From Nitrospirales bacterium (lineage in GTDB: Bacteria > Nitrospirota > Nitrospiria > Nitrospirales > UBA8639): a stretch of 64,000 nucleotides of DNA. A program made the translations under genes and the position numbers. Shown piece after piece: positions 63,555 through 64,000 of the stretch; positions within the stretch are counted from its first letter, which is position 1; the number at the start of each line of letters is the position of its first letter. A model generated the notes under the pieces. The model had not been told where the DNA came from. It did no database searches and saw only the letters and a list, made by a program, of their open reading frames with translations. The stretch is taken from NCBI GenBank assembly GCA_965203295.1, contig CBDBCZ010000016.1, positions 480,001 through 544,000 of the forward strand, read 5' to 3'.

Positions 63555-64000
63555 CAGCATGGCAATAGTGAAACAAAATTCCCTGCTGAGCAAGCACAAC
63601 TTGGCTTAATGGTAACGGGAATCCTATTGTGCTGAACACCAATAGGTATAGTAAAGGTAAGACTGGCGGGGCGCAGACTCGCAGGCCCTTCCAACTGTTC
63701 CCAATACTCCACCAACTTGATGGGAAAAAGGGTGCAGTACATTGCGCAGTGAGCAGCGAGACTATGTGTAACTCGATGTACATGTACAGCTACATGTACT
63801 TGAGTATGACTGTAGACTAACACTTCGCTTTCCAGTGTGACCAGAGCTAGCTAGGGAAGCAAAAGGCACAGCTACAGTTAGAATGCACTGTGAAATGCTA
63901 CGACACTGCTTCCTGTTGGCTTAGAAATCATGTCATGGCTGCCAAGAAGAGGGCTGATTCCAGTTTAAATATGCATATAATGTTGAAATGCATGAAGATG

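Overview
Eukaryotic (animal) genomic DNA. The repeat landscape and (CA)n-filled introns suggest a demosponge, but that is inference only. No rRNA, tRNA or CRISPR was seen. The main feature is a ~35.6 kb minus-strand gene (44558..8950) that the ORF track shows only in part. It has a start exon, eight one-ankyrin-repeat cassette exons (seven of 99 nt and one of 93 nt, all phase 2-2 with canonical AG/GT) and one 2254-nt terminal exon encoding Roc GTPase, COR and a death-fold-like tail. Spliced together this gives an uninterrupted 1056-aa Ank-ROCO protein. The cassettes lie in tandemly duplicated kb-scale intron units, and they vary mainly at ankyrin ligand-contact codons, suggesting a diversifying receptor-like system. 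The window also holds a decayed Ngaro/DIRS tyrosine-recombinase retrotransposon (1..~5450, with a putative intron in gag), a deleted and frameshifted CYFIP pseudogene just upstream of the ROCO start, and an intronless atypical Rab. Smaller items are LINE and tyrosine-kinase relics, many MITEs with readable TIRs/TSDs, a 20-bp minisatellite and long microsatellites.
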